A stretch of 63,963 bases of DNA, filler included, from Octopus bimaculoides (GCF_001194135.2; 6 parts of 6 records of this genome joined end to end with filler, not necessarily neighbours in it), one strand, 5' to 3'. Positions 23,313-35,534 are shown, counted from the whole stretch's first letter. Numbers and translations are program-made. Notes: generated by a model from the sequence alone, not told the origin.

Positions 23313-23664
23313 ATAACATGGAAATAGGTAAATATTTCGTAAAGGACCGTTCGTACCTCGGTGTGAAATAATTTTTTTCTACAGGTTTTTTTCGAGTGCA
23401 TTCAACGTATCTCACTTCCAAACCAGCCGCAAGCAACTTTTTTCCGGAAAAGAGAGGGAGTTTCCGGGAAACTCGGAGTTTTGTTTCGCGGGATTTGTTT
23501 TTCTTTTCCAGGTTTATTTCGCATTGTTCTTATTTCACTCACAGCTAGGATTTATAATATGTATACATCTGATTGTCGTAATGGTTGTTTTATGACATTA
23601 ATCATGTGTCGGAATACGTATCAGTTGATACCCTAATTGTTGTGCCATTGTTACAGCCAGTTAA

Positions 23665-23752
23665 TACTTAGAGGTTCGGCAAAAGATTCCGATAGAATAA
23701 GTACTAGGTTTAAAAAAACAAGTACTGGGGTCGATTCATTCGACTCAAGGCA
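23665..23752 (+). mobile_element. SINE family B, 3' fragment
   Basis: GGTTCGGCAAAAGATTCCGATAGAATAAGTACTAGG...CTGGGGTCGATTCATTCGACT. Confidence 0.65.
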
Positions 23753-23869
23753 GAAAAGAAAAAAGAAATAAAATTGAGCTCCACTCAAGGACGGTCAAGG
23801 GACCCACAGGTCCCGAGTCACTCTGCTCATACCATGTACAAGGGTAATTATTCTTCTCTCCTCTGTAAA

Positions 23870-24690
23870 CTTCAGTCTGTAGGCACATGCCTCGAGTAGG
23901 GTCATTTATTCAGGCCATTCTCACTACATTCAAATTTACTGAGAGACAGCAGCTCCCTCTCCACTCTTATTTGGATTGGAGCCTGAAAAAAGCTGATGGG
24001 AGCTTGGCCTAAGAGGAAAGTATCTGTCTTCAGCCCTTTCAGTTGCGTCCACTGCATAACATCTTTCGCCACTGCCACCAGACAGAGGGAATCTACCTGC
24101 CCTTCCTGACTAAGGGAAGGCCGTGGAGTGATCTTCACAATGGAGTTGACCAACAGCCGGATCCGATGATCCGATGATCTCGTACTGTTTCCTCATGTCC
24201 ACATTACGCATTCGAGAAAATCACTCATTGAAGTTGAAAAGCCTTGAGCAAGTTTGCAAGGCTTTTGCACCTTTTCTCCAATCAGCTAGCTCGTTAATAC
24301 AGAGCGGGACGTTCCGACAAAATCCTCCAGACACCTTGTGGCTCCGGCTCTGTTGCTGTGTAGACAGCTGCTAGATTGAAGACGCTCCCTTCATTATATC
24401 TAGGACCATCAACTTACTGTCTAGGTCCAGAAAGATCGACCATATCTTGAAGGCGGGTCAGGCCTCTCTAAGATAACGCTAGCATTACGTCTCCCATTCT
24501 AGGTTGACTCAGCGATGTGTAGATCTCAAAGTCATGAAATTTGGGTGCCATAGCATGTACGTAGGAAATTATGCAGCTGATGGTTGTCATATCCATAGTT
24601 AGTGCCCTGAGGTAACTGAATTGTTACCCATGCTTTCTAGGTGAAACCGGGCCACGTGCATATATGCAATCCCCTCTTAAAGCTGTCATG
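23870..24690 (-). pseudogene. Probable L1/Tx1-like LINE APE endonuclease relic
   Basis: Minus-strand DLDSKLMVLDIMK-GSVFNLAAVYTAT resembles the APE segment GRLVVLDV..FRLVAVYAP. The rest is heavily degenerate, and the call is from recognition only. Confidence 0.45.
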
Positions 24691-25049
24691 TTGATTGGAA
24701 AGAAAAGAAGAGAAGAAGAAAAGAAGGTCACCTACCTTAATTTTTTTTATTTCTGACGGTAACCGGTTCTATCAAATCCCTTCTTTTGTGTGGGTTTGCT
24801 TGGGGAAACTCTAAAGTAGCCAATCCGAGGCCGTGACGCTGAGTAATGTTCGTTACATTATGTAGGAATCTCTCTCATTACTTATTTCGTTCTATTGACA
24901 GCCTAATCAATTTCAGGTCCTCCGTCACTTTCACTGTCCTATTATTGAGAACCTCCTCTTCTGTTTCTGTGTCTTATCATCTCCATGCTATGGAAGATAA
25001 CGGTGCTTTATATTTACACGATGCTAGCACAAAGTTGTTGGTGGTAGCA

Positions 25050-25390
25050 ATTTGTTGTTGTGGTTGGAGTTGTGCATTTAATTGGTGTTGTTTTTGTTTT
25101 GGTTGTTGTTGTGTTCGTGTGTTTGCTGATTTTTCTCTTGTGTGTCCGTTGTTATTTCGTTTATTTTCTTTTTGTTATTTTCAGTGGAGGTGGCGGTACT
25201 GATGGTGCACTTACTGTTAATGTTGTTGGTGCTACTGCTGTTGCTGTTTACACAGTTTCCGCCGCGGTTTTGGGTGTTTTAGTTGTTGTTGTTGCTGACG
25301 TTAGGCCAGACGCTGTTATTGTAGTTCTTTTACTTGTCTTGTTGCTACTGTTGCTACTGCTTCTGTTGTTGCATAGCTATTATTGCTGCA
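25050..25390. repeat. GTT/CTG-rich low-complexity tract
   Basis: Degenerate trinucleotide repeats account for the Val/Leu-rich ORFs here. Confidence 0.8.
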
Positions 25391-25679
25391 ACAGGGGTGG
25401 TCAATGTTTCTACAGAAATGGCATCTTGGTCATTTATCTTCCACAATCACTCATAGTTACCTCTTATTTGGCGGAGATATGAAGACTGGAACCTTTTCCA
25501 GATGTCCAGGCTTTACACGGGGGATGACAACCAGTGTTATCCTCGTGTCTTGTTCTTATATTCAGAGGTGTTTTGCTTCCCTCCAACAATATGCATGCGT
25601 ATATCCGCCAGAAATCTAGCTCAAGACGGACCACAACCCGTATTTACCGCCCTACATCACAATTACGTTGGAGAAGAGA

Positions 25680-25785
25680 GCAAAGTCTTCAGTAGAAGAT
25701 ATGTGCCCAAGGTTCTGCACAGTGGCACAGAACCCGAAACCACGTGGTTGCAAAGCGCTGGTCTTTACCACATACATACCCACAC
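25680..25785 (-). mobile_element. SINE family B head fragment
   Basis: AGTAGAAGATATGTGCCCAAGGTTCTGCACAGTGGCACAGAACCCGAAACCACGTGGTTG. Confidence 0.7.
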
Positions 25786-25806
25786 ACACACAAATACACT
25801 CCTTAC

Positions 25807-25838
<32 letters not shown>

Positions 25839-26996
25839 GGGGCGGAGAAGAGAGAGCGAGGGATGGGGAGAGAAAGAAAAAAGAAAGAAAATAAAGATCA
25901 AAAATAAGGAACAGGTGAACATGAGGACCAAAAAAAAAAAGAAAAGAAGAAACGTATTGTTAGTTCTGACAATATATATTTGTGTGTGTGTGCGTGTGTG
26001 TGTNNNNNNNNNNNNNNNNNNNNNNNNNNNNNNNNNNNNNNNNNNNNNNNNNNNNNNNNNNNNNNNNNNNNNNNNNNNNNNNNNNNNNNNNNNNNNNNNN
26101 NNNNNNNNNNNNNNNNNNNNNNNNNNNNNNNNNNNNNNNNNNNNNNNNNNNNNNNNNNNNNNNNNNNNNNNNNNNNNNNNNNNNNNNNNNNNNNNNNNNN
26201 NNNNNNNNNNNNNNNNNNNNNNNNNNNNNNNNNNNNNNNNNNNNNNNNNNNNNNNNNNNNNNNNNNNNNNNNNNNNNNNNNNNNNNNNNNNNNNNNNNNN
26301 NNNNNNNNNNNNNNNNNNNNNNNNNNNNNNNNNNNNNNNNNNNNNNNNNNNNNNNNNNNNNNNNNNNNNNNNNNNNNNNNNNNNNNNNNNNNNNNNNNNN
26401 NNNNNNNNNNNNNNNNNNNNNNNNNNNNNNNNNNNNNNNNNNNNNNNNNNNNNNNNNNNNNNNNNNNNNNNNNNNNNNNNNNNNNNNNNNNNNNNNNNNN
26501 NNNNNNNNNNNNNNNNNNNNNNNNNNNNNNNNNNNNNNNNNNNNNNNNNNNNNNNNNNNNNNNNNNNNNNNNNNNNNNNNNNNNNNNNNNNNNNNNNNNN
26601 NNNNNNNNNNNNNNNNNNNNNNNNNNNNNNNNNNNNNNNNNNNNNNNNNNNNNNNNNNNNNNNNNNNNNNNNNNNNNNNNNNNNNNNNNNNNNNNNNNNN
26701 NNNNNNATATATATATATATATAAATGTATGTATAATTAATAATATAGCGTTATGAGTAAATACTTATACATTAGTGCATTGTCAGTTTGAGGAATAAGC
26801 AGTCGTATGGAAGGATAAAACGACACAAATTTGTATAGCCTGTTAGATGTATGCATTGGACGTATGCACACACTCCATATATACATGTATATATGTACAT
26901 ATATATCTGTGAGTGTATATATAAATATATATATGTATATATAAACATGGATAATTATATAAACATAAATATATACATATATACATATGTATATGT

Positions 26997-27062
<66 letters not shown>

Positions 27063-27108
27063 GGGAACTAGATGCGTATATATAGGTTTGATATATATGT
27101 ATACGTAT

Positions 27109-27164
<56 letters not shown>

Positions 27165-27604
27165 NNNNNNNNNNNNNNNNNNNNNNNNNNNNNNNNNNNN
27201 NNNNNNNNNNNNNNNNNNNNNNNNNNNNNNNNNNNNNNNNNNNNNNNNNNNNNNNNNNNNNNNNNNNNNNNNNNNNNNNNNNNNNNNNNNNNNNNNNNNN
27301 NNNNNNNNNNNNNNNNNNNNNNNNNNNNNNNNNNNNNNNNNNNNNNNNNNNNNNNNNNNNNNNNNNNNNNNNNNNNNNNNNNNNNNNNNNNNNNNNCAAC
27401 AACCAAATTTCGTGGCTCTCTCGTAGAAATTTCCATGGAACTAATAATTGAAATATGGCTCTTGGCTTTGAAAATTCTTGTTTTCGTGCTTCTTCTATCG
27501 CCATTACCACCATCACCAGGACCACGAATAGAAACAAGAACGACATCGTCATAGTCGATTCCGTCTCATTTCTATTCACCATATTATCATAAATATCATA
27601 TTAA

Positions 27605-28250
27605 TTTCAAAATTTGGCACAAGGCCAGCAATTTCGGTGGGTGGGTGGAATGGGTCGATTACATCGACGTCGAAATGGATGAAAGGCAAAGTCGACCTCG
27701 GCGGAATTTGAACTCAGAACCTGAAGACGGACGAAATGCCGCTAAAGAATTTTGCCCGGCGCGCTAACGATTCTGCCAGCTCGCCACCTAAATCATAAAT
27801 ATAATACTGGTTTCAAGTTTTGGCACAAGGTCATCAATTTTGAATGTGTGTTGTTGGTGGTGGTGGTGGTGCTCCATTGGTACTTATTTTATCGACCCTG
27901 AAAGGATGAAAGAAAGTCGAACTCAGCGAAATTTGAACTCAGAACGTAAATACGGACGAAATACCGCTCAGCATTTCGTCCGGGGTACTAACGGTTCTGC
28001 CAGCTCGCTGCCTTAATTATAATCGTTTCTACTAAAGGTGCAAGGTCTGAAATATGACGGGAAGGAACTAGTCGATTACATCAATCTCAATGTTTCACTG
28101 ATACTTAATTTATCGACCCCGAAACAAAGAAAAGCAAAGTCGACCCCGGTGACGCCGCCATGATAATAGCGATAATGGTTTCAAATTCTCGGCACATAGC
28201 CAACAATTTCAGGGAAGCGGATGAGTCGAGTAGGACGATCTACGCTCAAA
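27605..28250 (-). mobile_element. Tandem cluster of four SINE family A copies or fragments
   Basis: Copies at about 27605-27790, 27808-28015, 28025-28160 and 28175-28250 are all on the minus strand. Confidence 0.85.
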
Positions 28251-28729
28251 TGTGGAATCGTTTTATGAGCCTTTGCCATATTACTAATCGATTTGGTGTG
28301 TAAGACACGCGTTAGTTTGCTTTGTGCTTATATGGAAAATCCAGGCATTTCGTGGCTTTTATGCAGTTCTCGTATTATATAGCCCGTTGCACCTATGATA
28401 AATGGTAATATTCTGATGCTGTAGGTCCAGATGCAAGAATGGTAAGTTCTGTTTTAGTTCATAATAGTTGTTCTCTTTTCTTGCAATATTACACGTGAGA
28501 TCATATCTACAGGAGAGTTGATTTCTACAACAATTCATAACTTTTGTTCCCTGTGTATGTATGTATGTATGTATGTATGTATGCATGTATGCATGCAGGA
28601 ATGGATGTATATGTGTATGTATGTTTGGTTGGATGGATGGATGGATAGATTTGTGTATGTATGTATGCATGCATGCATACACGTGTGTATTCATGTATGT
28701 ATTTATGTGTGTATATATGTATTTTTAGA

Positions 28730-29050
28730 CGGACGGTTATTTTCAAAACGTAGACCACCGCAACACCCATAACATGGATTCGGTCTTGATATGTTTTACT
28801 TTTGTTTCTTATTCGTTACCGGTCGACATGCCTGAATCTTTCTCTTCAATTTTATTTGCTGTACTGTCAAATTGTGTTCCTGTTCTAATTTTGTTAATAC
28901 CCGGGAACGTATGTCTGCATCTTTGCTTGCAGTAAGCTCTTGAACAAAAATGAAAGACTTCACCATGTCCGGGGTCAACTCATTCAATTTGAATTTCTCA
29001 CGCCAATAAATTCACCATGTTGAATGATTTTTTTCTTCGAACAACTCGTC
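28730..29050 (-). pseudogene. Ty3/Gypsy-type gag relic
   Basis: KFKLNELTPDMVKSFIFVQELTASKDADIRSRVLTKLEQ is followed out of frame by RPNPCYGC, a degenerate zinc knuckle. It resembles invertebrate Gypsy gag proteins from memory. Confidence 0.6.
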
Positions 29051-29847
29051 GCTACTTTTATATTCTCATATTGGATATATAATATAACGAAGCAGGGTGT
29101 GGAGTGTGGGAAGAAAGTATACACACGACGCACAACTATTTCTACTGCACGAGACTCAACGCTCTGTATCAAAGGCTCACAGTGAACTGCTACCAACACG
29201 GACTGCCATTCGCTCACAGTTTTATAGCAATGAGACATTCCACCTATAGTCAATTGGGGGCGGTCGGAATCCTTCCACAACAGTATGTATGTATGTATGT
29301 ATGTATGTACGTATGACCAAGGAGTGACTTTAAACTGTATCCGGTTTTGAAGTTCTGGTACGGAAGTTTCAGTGTTTTGTTCCAGTGTTTTGAGGAGTGT
29401 GAAACCATCTCTGAACCACTATTATTCCCAAGTTTATTCTAACCGGAGTCTTGCTTCCTTTTAGGATCCTCGCTATAGGTTGACTAGCATGTGAAAAACT
29501 AGGAGTGAAGGACCTCTAGCTCTCGTTACAACTTCCTTCTATGAGAAAAACCCTGAAGTCCAGTTGGTTTTAGGGCATTTCAAACTCTGTTGTGCTACTG
29601 GTTTTATAGATGATGGCGTTGGAAAATTGGTTCAATTCCGTGCAACACTTTATCCACTCAAAACAAATTCACACGCCGGAACTTCCTGGGCTCTCGAAAC
29701 GTTTGTACTAACCTACTGAGTTTAGGAAATGATCTTACTCTGTCACGAGTTGACTTCCATCATGTATGTATGTATGTATGTATGTATGTATGTATGTATA
29801 GGTATTATGATTGTATATATGCATGAATGCACGTAGATATATAAGCC

Positions 29848-29990
29848 TGTATACATTATTTACATTATTTAGATTATTTACATTATTTACATTTGACGGA
29901 TATGTCTTCATCTTGTTTGTTGTTAACACAACGTTTCAGCTGATATACCCTCCAGCCTTCATCAAGTGTCTTGGGGAAATTTCGAGCCAT
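29848..29990 (-). ncRNA. Short interspersed repeat carrying a minimal type I hammerhead ribozyme-like motif, copy 1
   Basis: The minus strand 29970-29925 reads GACAC-UUGAUGA-A-GGCUG(..)CAGCU-GAA-ACGU-U-GUGUU. A homologous copy lies at 56205-56345. Confidence 0.65.
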
Positions 29991-30744
29991 GCGCGCCTTC
30001 ACTACACACATATATACATATATGTGTGTGTATGAGTATGCGTATGTATATATGTATATATATGCATACGTATATATATATATATATATATNNNNNNNNN
30101 NNNNNNNNNNNNNNNNNNNNNNNNNNNNNNNNNNNNNNNNNNNNNNNNNNNNNNNNNNNNNNNNNNNNNNNNNNNNNNNNNNNNNNNNNNNNNNNNNNNN
30201 NNNNNNNNNNNNNNNNNNNNNNNNNNNNNNNNNNNNNNNNNNNNNNNNNNNNNNNNNNNNNNNNNNNNNNNNNNNNNNNNNNNNNNNNNNNNNNNNNNNN
30301 NNNNNNNNNNNNNNNNNNNNNNNNNNNNNNNNNNNNNNNNNNNNNNNNNNNNNNNNNNNNNNNNNNNNNNNNNNNNNNNNNNNNNNNNNNNNNNNNNNNN
30401 NNNNNNNNNNNNNNNNNNNNNNNNNNNNNNNNNNNNNNNNNNNNNNNNNNNNNNNNNNNNNNNNNNNNNNNNNNNNNNNNNNNNNNNNNNNNNNNNNNNN
30501 NNNNNNNNNNNNNNNNNNNNNNNNNNNNNNNNNNNNNNNNNNNNNNNNNNNNNNNNNNNNNNNNNNNNNNNNNNNNNNNNNNNNNNNNNNNNNNNNNNNN
30601 NNNNNNNNNNNNNNNNNNNNNNNNNNNNNNNNNNNNNNNNNNNNNNNNNNNNNNNNNNNNNNNNNNNNNNNNNNNNNNNNNNNNNNNNNNNNNNNNNNNN
30701 NNTATATATATATGTATATATATATATGGCACTTATATGTTACG

Positions 30745-30775
<31 letters not shown>

Positions 30776-30778
30776 AAG

Positions 30779-30816
<38 letters not shown>

Positions 30817-31724
30817 GGGTACAGTTGCATTGCTTCTGTGTTTATGGTAATAGATGGATCGAACTTTGTGCTTATATTGGATATTTATATATGTGTAGAT
30901 TTATATGAATGCACCATTTTACTGTATGCGAATTTGTTAGTGAATAAATACACACATAAGTATATATAAACGCGAGTATTGTGTAAATATGTGAATGTCC
31001 CTTTTGTGTGAGTGCTTGTATACTTGTGTGCCTGCGTGTGTGTGTGTGTGTGTGTGGATGGGTGCAGGCGTTCGTGTGCTTACATGTGTCTGTGTGAATC
31101 CATCGTTTGAGTCTGAAAAGCACATCTTGCGGTTTCGTGTCCCAGAGTCTACCAAATAAGTAAGTGACGTCATCACTTCTTGACGAATGAGCACTAGGCA
31201 TCTCAAGGGTGTTTCCAAATTATGATATATATATCTGTCTGTATGCATACATACAGACAGACAGACACGCACACAAACACACACAAACATATACATATAT
31301 ATATACGTATATATATGTATGTATATATATATATATATATATATATNNNNNNNNNNNNNNNNNNNNNNNNNNNNNNNNNNNNNNNNNNNNTTAATTAATT
31401 AANNNNNNNNNNNNNNNNNNNNNNNNNNNNNNNNNNNNNNNNNNNNTTACTGACCTCATCATCAAGAAATAAATATCGATTTATTGTTGTCGGTAAATAT
31501 TCTCTTTTTCCATTTGGTTTCCTTTCTCACAACATTTCTACCTCGACCGTCATTACTTGCTTGGCTATGTTATTTTCTCTTTTCGACTTTTCCTGGATAT
31601 ATCAACTTAGATTGAAGAACTTTCGTTATGTATTCCGAATGGGTCTTTCGTGCATTACTGGGATATTTCAGCGAATTACTCAATTCCATACCACCTTGAC
31701 ACAAATAGTTTGAATGTTACTTTC

Positions 31725-31820
31725 GGAGTCGATAAAATTAAGTACCAGTTGAACACTGGGGCCGATGTAATCACCTTAGCCCCTCCTTTGAAATTTCAGG
31801 CAAGCTGGTAGAATTGTAAG
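31725..31820 (+). mobile_element. SINE family A, 3' fragment (the contig may be mis-oriented)
   Basis: TTTCGGAGTCGATAAAATTAAGTACCAGTTGAACACTGGGGCCGATGTAATC. Confidence 0.7.
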
Positions 31821-32034
31821 CATGCATTATTATTATTGTTGGTGTTGTTGTTGGTGTTGTTGTTGTTATTGTTGTTGTTATTGTTGTTTTTGTTGTTGCT
31901 GTTATTTTTACTTTTTAACTTGCCGAGACACACCCAGTGTTCTGGGGCGTGTGAAGGATAAGAGAAATTACAGTATGATTGAAAGCTTGGCGAAATATCT
32001 TCATGTAATACAACACAAACATTTAAATAGATAG

Positions 32035-32200
32035 GTTTTTTTCTATGGATGTGGGCAGTACTTGTCAGTACAATCTTTTGGATTTCTCCGAGACATGATT
32101 TTCCTGGGATCTTGTCTAGATGTTTCTGATATCCCTTTTTTTTTTAATCATACCTAGGGCACCTACAATAGCAAGAAAAGTTCTCGTTTTAAGATGCCAC
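32035..32200 (-). pseudogene. R4/Dong-clade LINE C-terminal fragment
   Basis: WHLKTRTFLAIVGALGMIKK and LDKIPGKSCLGEIQKIVLTSTAHI match the C-termini in the 42-47 kb array. A (TTG/TTA)n tract lies on its 3' side. Confidence 0.75.
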
Positions 32201-32682
32201 NNNNNNNNNNNNNNNNNNNNNNNNNNNNNNNNNNNNNNNNNNNNNNNNNNNNNNNNNNNNNNNNNNNNNNNNNNNNNNNNNNNNNNNNNNNNNNNNNNNN
32301 AAGTAACATTCAAACTATTTGTGTCAAGGTGGTATGGAATTGAGTAATTCGCTGAAATATCCCAGTAATGCACGAAAGACCCATTCGGAATACATAACGA
32401 AAGTTCTTCAATCTAAGTTGATATACCCAGGAAAAGTCGAAAAGAGAAAATAACATAGCCAAGCAAGTAATGACGGTCGAGGTAGAAATGTTGTGAGAAA
32501 GGAAACCAAATGGAAAAAGAGAATATTTACCGACAACAATAAATCGATATTTATTTCTTGATGATGAGGTCAGTAAACTCTTAAACTCACTGCTTACGCA
32601 GTTAACAGAAGGTATGAATTTGGTGATATCGTTGTGGTTATAACTTCAGACAAATGTAGCACCGATATCAAACTGCACTCAA

Positions 32683-33112
32683 AGCGGCAATCTAGCAGAA
32701 TCGTTAACAGCATTTCATCCGTCATTACGTTCTGAGTTCAAATTCCGCCGAGGTCGGCTTTACTTTTCATCCTTTAAGGGTCGATGAAATAAATACCAGT
32801 TACGCATTGGGATCGATGTAATCGACTAGCACACTCCCCCAAAATTTAAGGCCTTGTGCCTATAGTAGAAAAGATATTAAACTACACTCAAGGCTGCCAT
32901 CTAGCAGAATCGTGAGCACACCGGGCAAAATGTTTAGCGGCATTTCGTCCGTCTTTATGTTATGAGTTCAAATTCTACCGAGATCGACTATGCCTTTAAT
33001 CCTTTCGGGGTCGATAAAATAAGTACCAGTTCAGTACTGGGGTCGATCTAGTCAGCTTAACCCCTTCCCCCAAACTTACTGGCCTTCTGCCAAAATTTGA
33101 AACCAATATTAA
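32683..33112 (+). mobile_element. Two tandem SINE family A copies with tail types 3 and 2
   Basis: Copies lie at about 32683-32880 and 32890-33112, each with the GAGTTCAAATTC B-box and the core. Confidence 0.85.
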
Positions 33113-33159
33113 ACCATACTTAATGTCACACACTGAATATATGAAGTTTCAAATCGAAG

Positions 33160-33355
33160 AAAATGTGTCAACTATGTAAAGTCCAATCTTGGTGCATCCA
33201 GCCCCTTCAATCCTGCGCTAATCGTTTTACTTTATACTTTCCACCCAGAACATCGTGCCTCTGGAATCTTCTTCCCGCTCATGTCTTTCCTGCGGGTGTT
33301 AGCCTATTGCAGTTTAAACAGAACATTAGTAGCATCCAATTCACAGTCTAAGAAA
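33160..33355 (+). pseudogene. CR1/L2-like LINE ORF2 extreme C-terminal fragment
   Basis: FTLYFPPRTSCLWNLLPAHVFP..LLQFKQNI resembles the conserved CR1/L2-type ending FFPRTxxLWNxLP. Confidence 0.65.
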
Positions 33356-34299
33356 GCTTGCAAAGACCATGGCAACACCCAATCTTCCGGGCTCAATAAG
33401 TGTTTTACAAATATCTGTATATTACTCAAAGTTTACTCAGCAAAGTGGCGCCACGAAATTTACTNNNNNNNNNNTGTATATTACTCAAAGTTTACTCAGC
33501 AAAGTGGCGCCACGAAATTTACTGGAACTTTCATGCAAGGCACTTTAAAAGATCTACTGAGATGTTAGATTTCGCTATTGAACCTCATGAATTCTAATAG
33601 CTAGTGTGNNNNNNNNNNNNNNNNNNNNNNNNNNNNNNNNNNNNNNNNNNNNNNNNNNNNNNNNNNNNNNNNNNNNNNNNNNNNNNNNNNNNNNNNNNNN
33701 NNNNNNNNGTATTTTATTTTTACTAAAAATGTATTACTTTGATCAAGTCCACATTTTTCGTCATAACTACTACCTTCTTTCTCTTTTTCCCTCTCATCAC
33801 CCATCCTCTCTATATATCTATCTATCTATCTATCTATTTAGACCCGTGGGAACAATAACTGAATATTTTATACTTGAAATTATCCATCCTGTTCTATTCT
33901 TTCCATATAATATTTTCTAACAAGCAGCATTATGCAGCACAGTGTAATATCGTGTTAAATACAGAATCTATCTCATCTATCCATCCCCATTCCTCAGCGA
34001 TTCCCGCTACTCCATGTAATCCTCTATGCCAACGTATTATATTACGATTCTGTATTGACATTCATCTTCATTTATGAAATATTTCTTTTTTTTTTCTCGT
34101 TTTCTCATTTTTCTTAACACATTTTCCTTATAACTCTATGGTTTGCATGCTCATGTGTGCGTACATGCACATGGTTTTGTGCATGTATGCCGACGCACAT
34201 ATGCAAGTCTCTCTCTCTCTCTCTCTCTCTCTCTTTATATATGGCCACAGGCTGAAACACATAACAAGTCTGTACTTTATTATTCTGACGTGACTCCAT

Positions 34300-34586
34300 C
34301 TTTCTATCTATCTATCTGTCTTCCTCTATCTTTCTATCTATCCCTCTATCTACCTATCTATCTTTCTTCTTACCCATCTCCCCCTCTCGCTCTGCTTCCT
34401 TCTGTTATCTTGGCTTCTACTTCATTGCTATACACTTCTGTCCCTTCCTCCTTGTTCCACTTCCCCTCCCTACCATCCTCTCTCTTTCTCTATCTTTCTA
34501 CCTATCCCTCTATTTACCTACCTATCTATCTTTCTTCTTACCCATCTCCCCCTCTCGCTCTGCTCCCTTCTGTTGTGCTGGCCTCT
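34300..34586. repeat. Pyrimidine-rich tandem repeat with a period of about 180 bp, truncated by a gap
   Basis: CCTATCTATCTTTCTTCTTACCCATCTCCCCCTCTCGCTCTGCT occurs near 34350 and again near 34520. Confidence 0.7.
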
Positions 34587-35201
34587 NNNNNNNNNNNNNN
34601 NNNNNNNNNNNNNNNNNNNNNNNNNNNNNNNNNNNNNNNNNNNNNNNNNNNNNNNNNNNNNNNNNNNNNNNNNNNNNNNNNNNNNNNNNNNNNNNNNNNN
34701 NNNNNNNNNNNNNNNNNNNNNNNNNNNNNNNNNNNNNNNNNNNNNNNNNNNNNNNNNNNNNNNNNNNNNNNNNNNNNNNNNNNNNNNNNNNNNNNNNNNN
34801 NNNNNNNNNNNNNNNNNNNNNNNNNNNNNNNNNNNNNNNNNNNNNNNNNNNNNNNNNNNNNNNNNNNNNNNNNNNNNNNNNNNNNNNNNNNNNNNNNNNN
34901 NNNNNNNNNNNNNNNNNNNNNNNNNNNNNNNNNNNNNNNNNNNNNNNNNNNNNNNNNNNNNNNNNNNNNNNNNNNNNNNNNNNNNNNNNNNNNNNNNNNN
35001 NNNNNNNNNNNNNNNNNNNNNNNNNNNNNNNNNNNNNNNNNNNNNNNNNNNNNNNNNNNNNNNNNNNNNNNNNNNNNNNNNNNNNNNNNNNNNNNNNNNN
35101 NNNNNNNNNNNNNNNNNNNNNNNNNNNNNNNNNNNNNNNNNNNNNNNNNNNNNNNNNNNNNNNNNNNNNNNNNNNNNNNNNNNNNNNNNNNNNNNNNNNN
35201 N

Positions 35202-35254
<53 letters not shown>

Positions 35255-35500
35255 GTGTATGTATGCATATTTACACACACATATACACATACACACAATT
35301 ATTTTTGGGAATAATGGATCTGGAAGCAACTATAGATGATAACGTAAATATTGGGTTGAAAAACCATTTTAGATAGAAAACGTGGAAGGCTGCTCGTGGG
35401 ACACGAACTTACGTCTGTTTTCTTGAATGTTTATAACATTCTTATGACGCTAACAATACATACATGCGTTCATACATATATATATTTATGCATACATACA

Positions 35501-35534
<34 letters not shown>

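Noticed and set aside
25060-25482. 140-aa hydrophobic ORF resembling a membrane protein
   Set aside because: It is a translation of GTT/CTG low-complexity repeats.
33414-33533. Direct duplication of about 50 bp around a 10-N gap, with the same pattern at 42522-42607 and probably near 9367
   Set aside because: These are unmerged contig overlaps, an assembly artefact.
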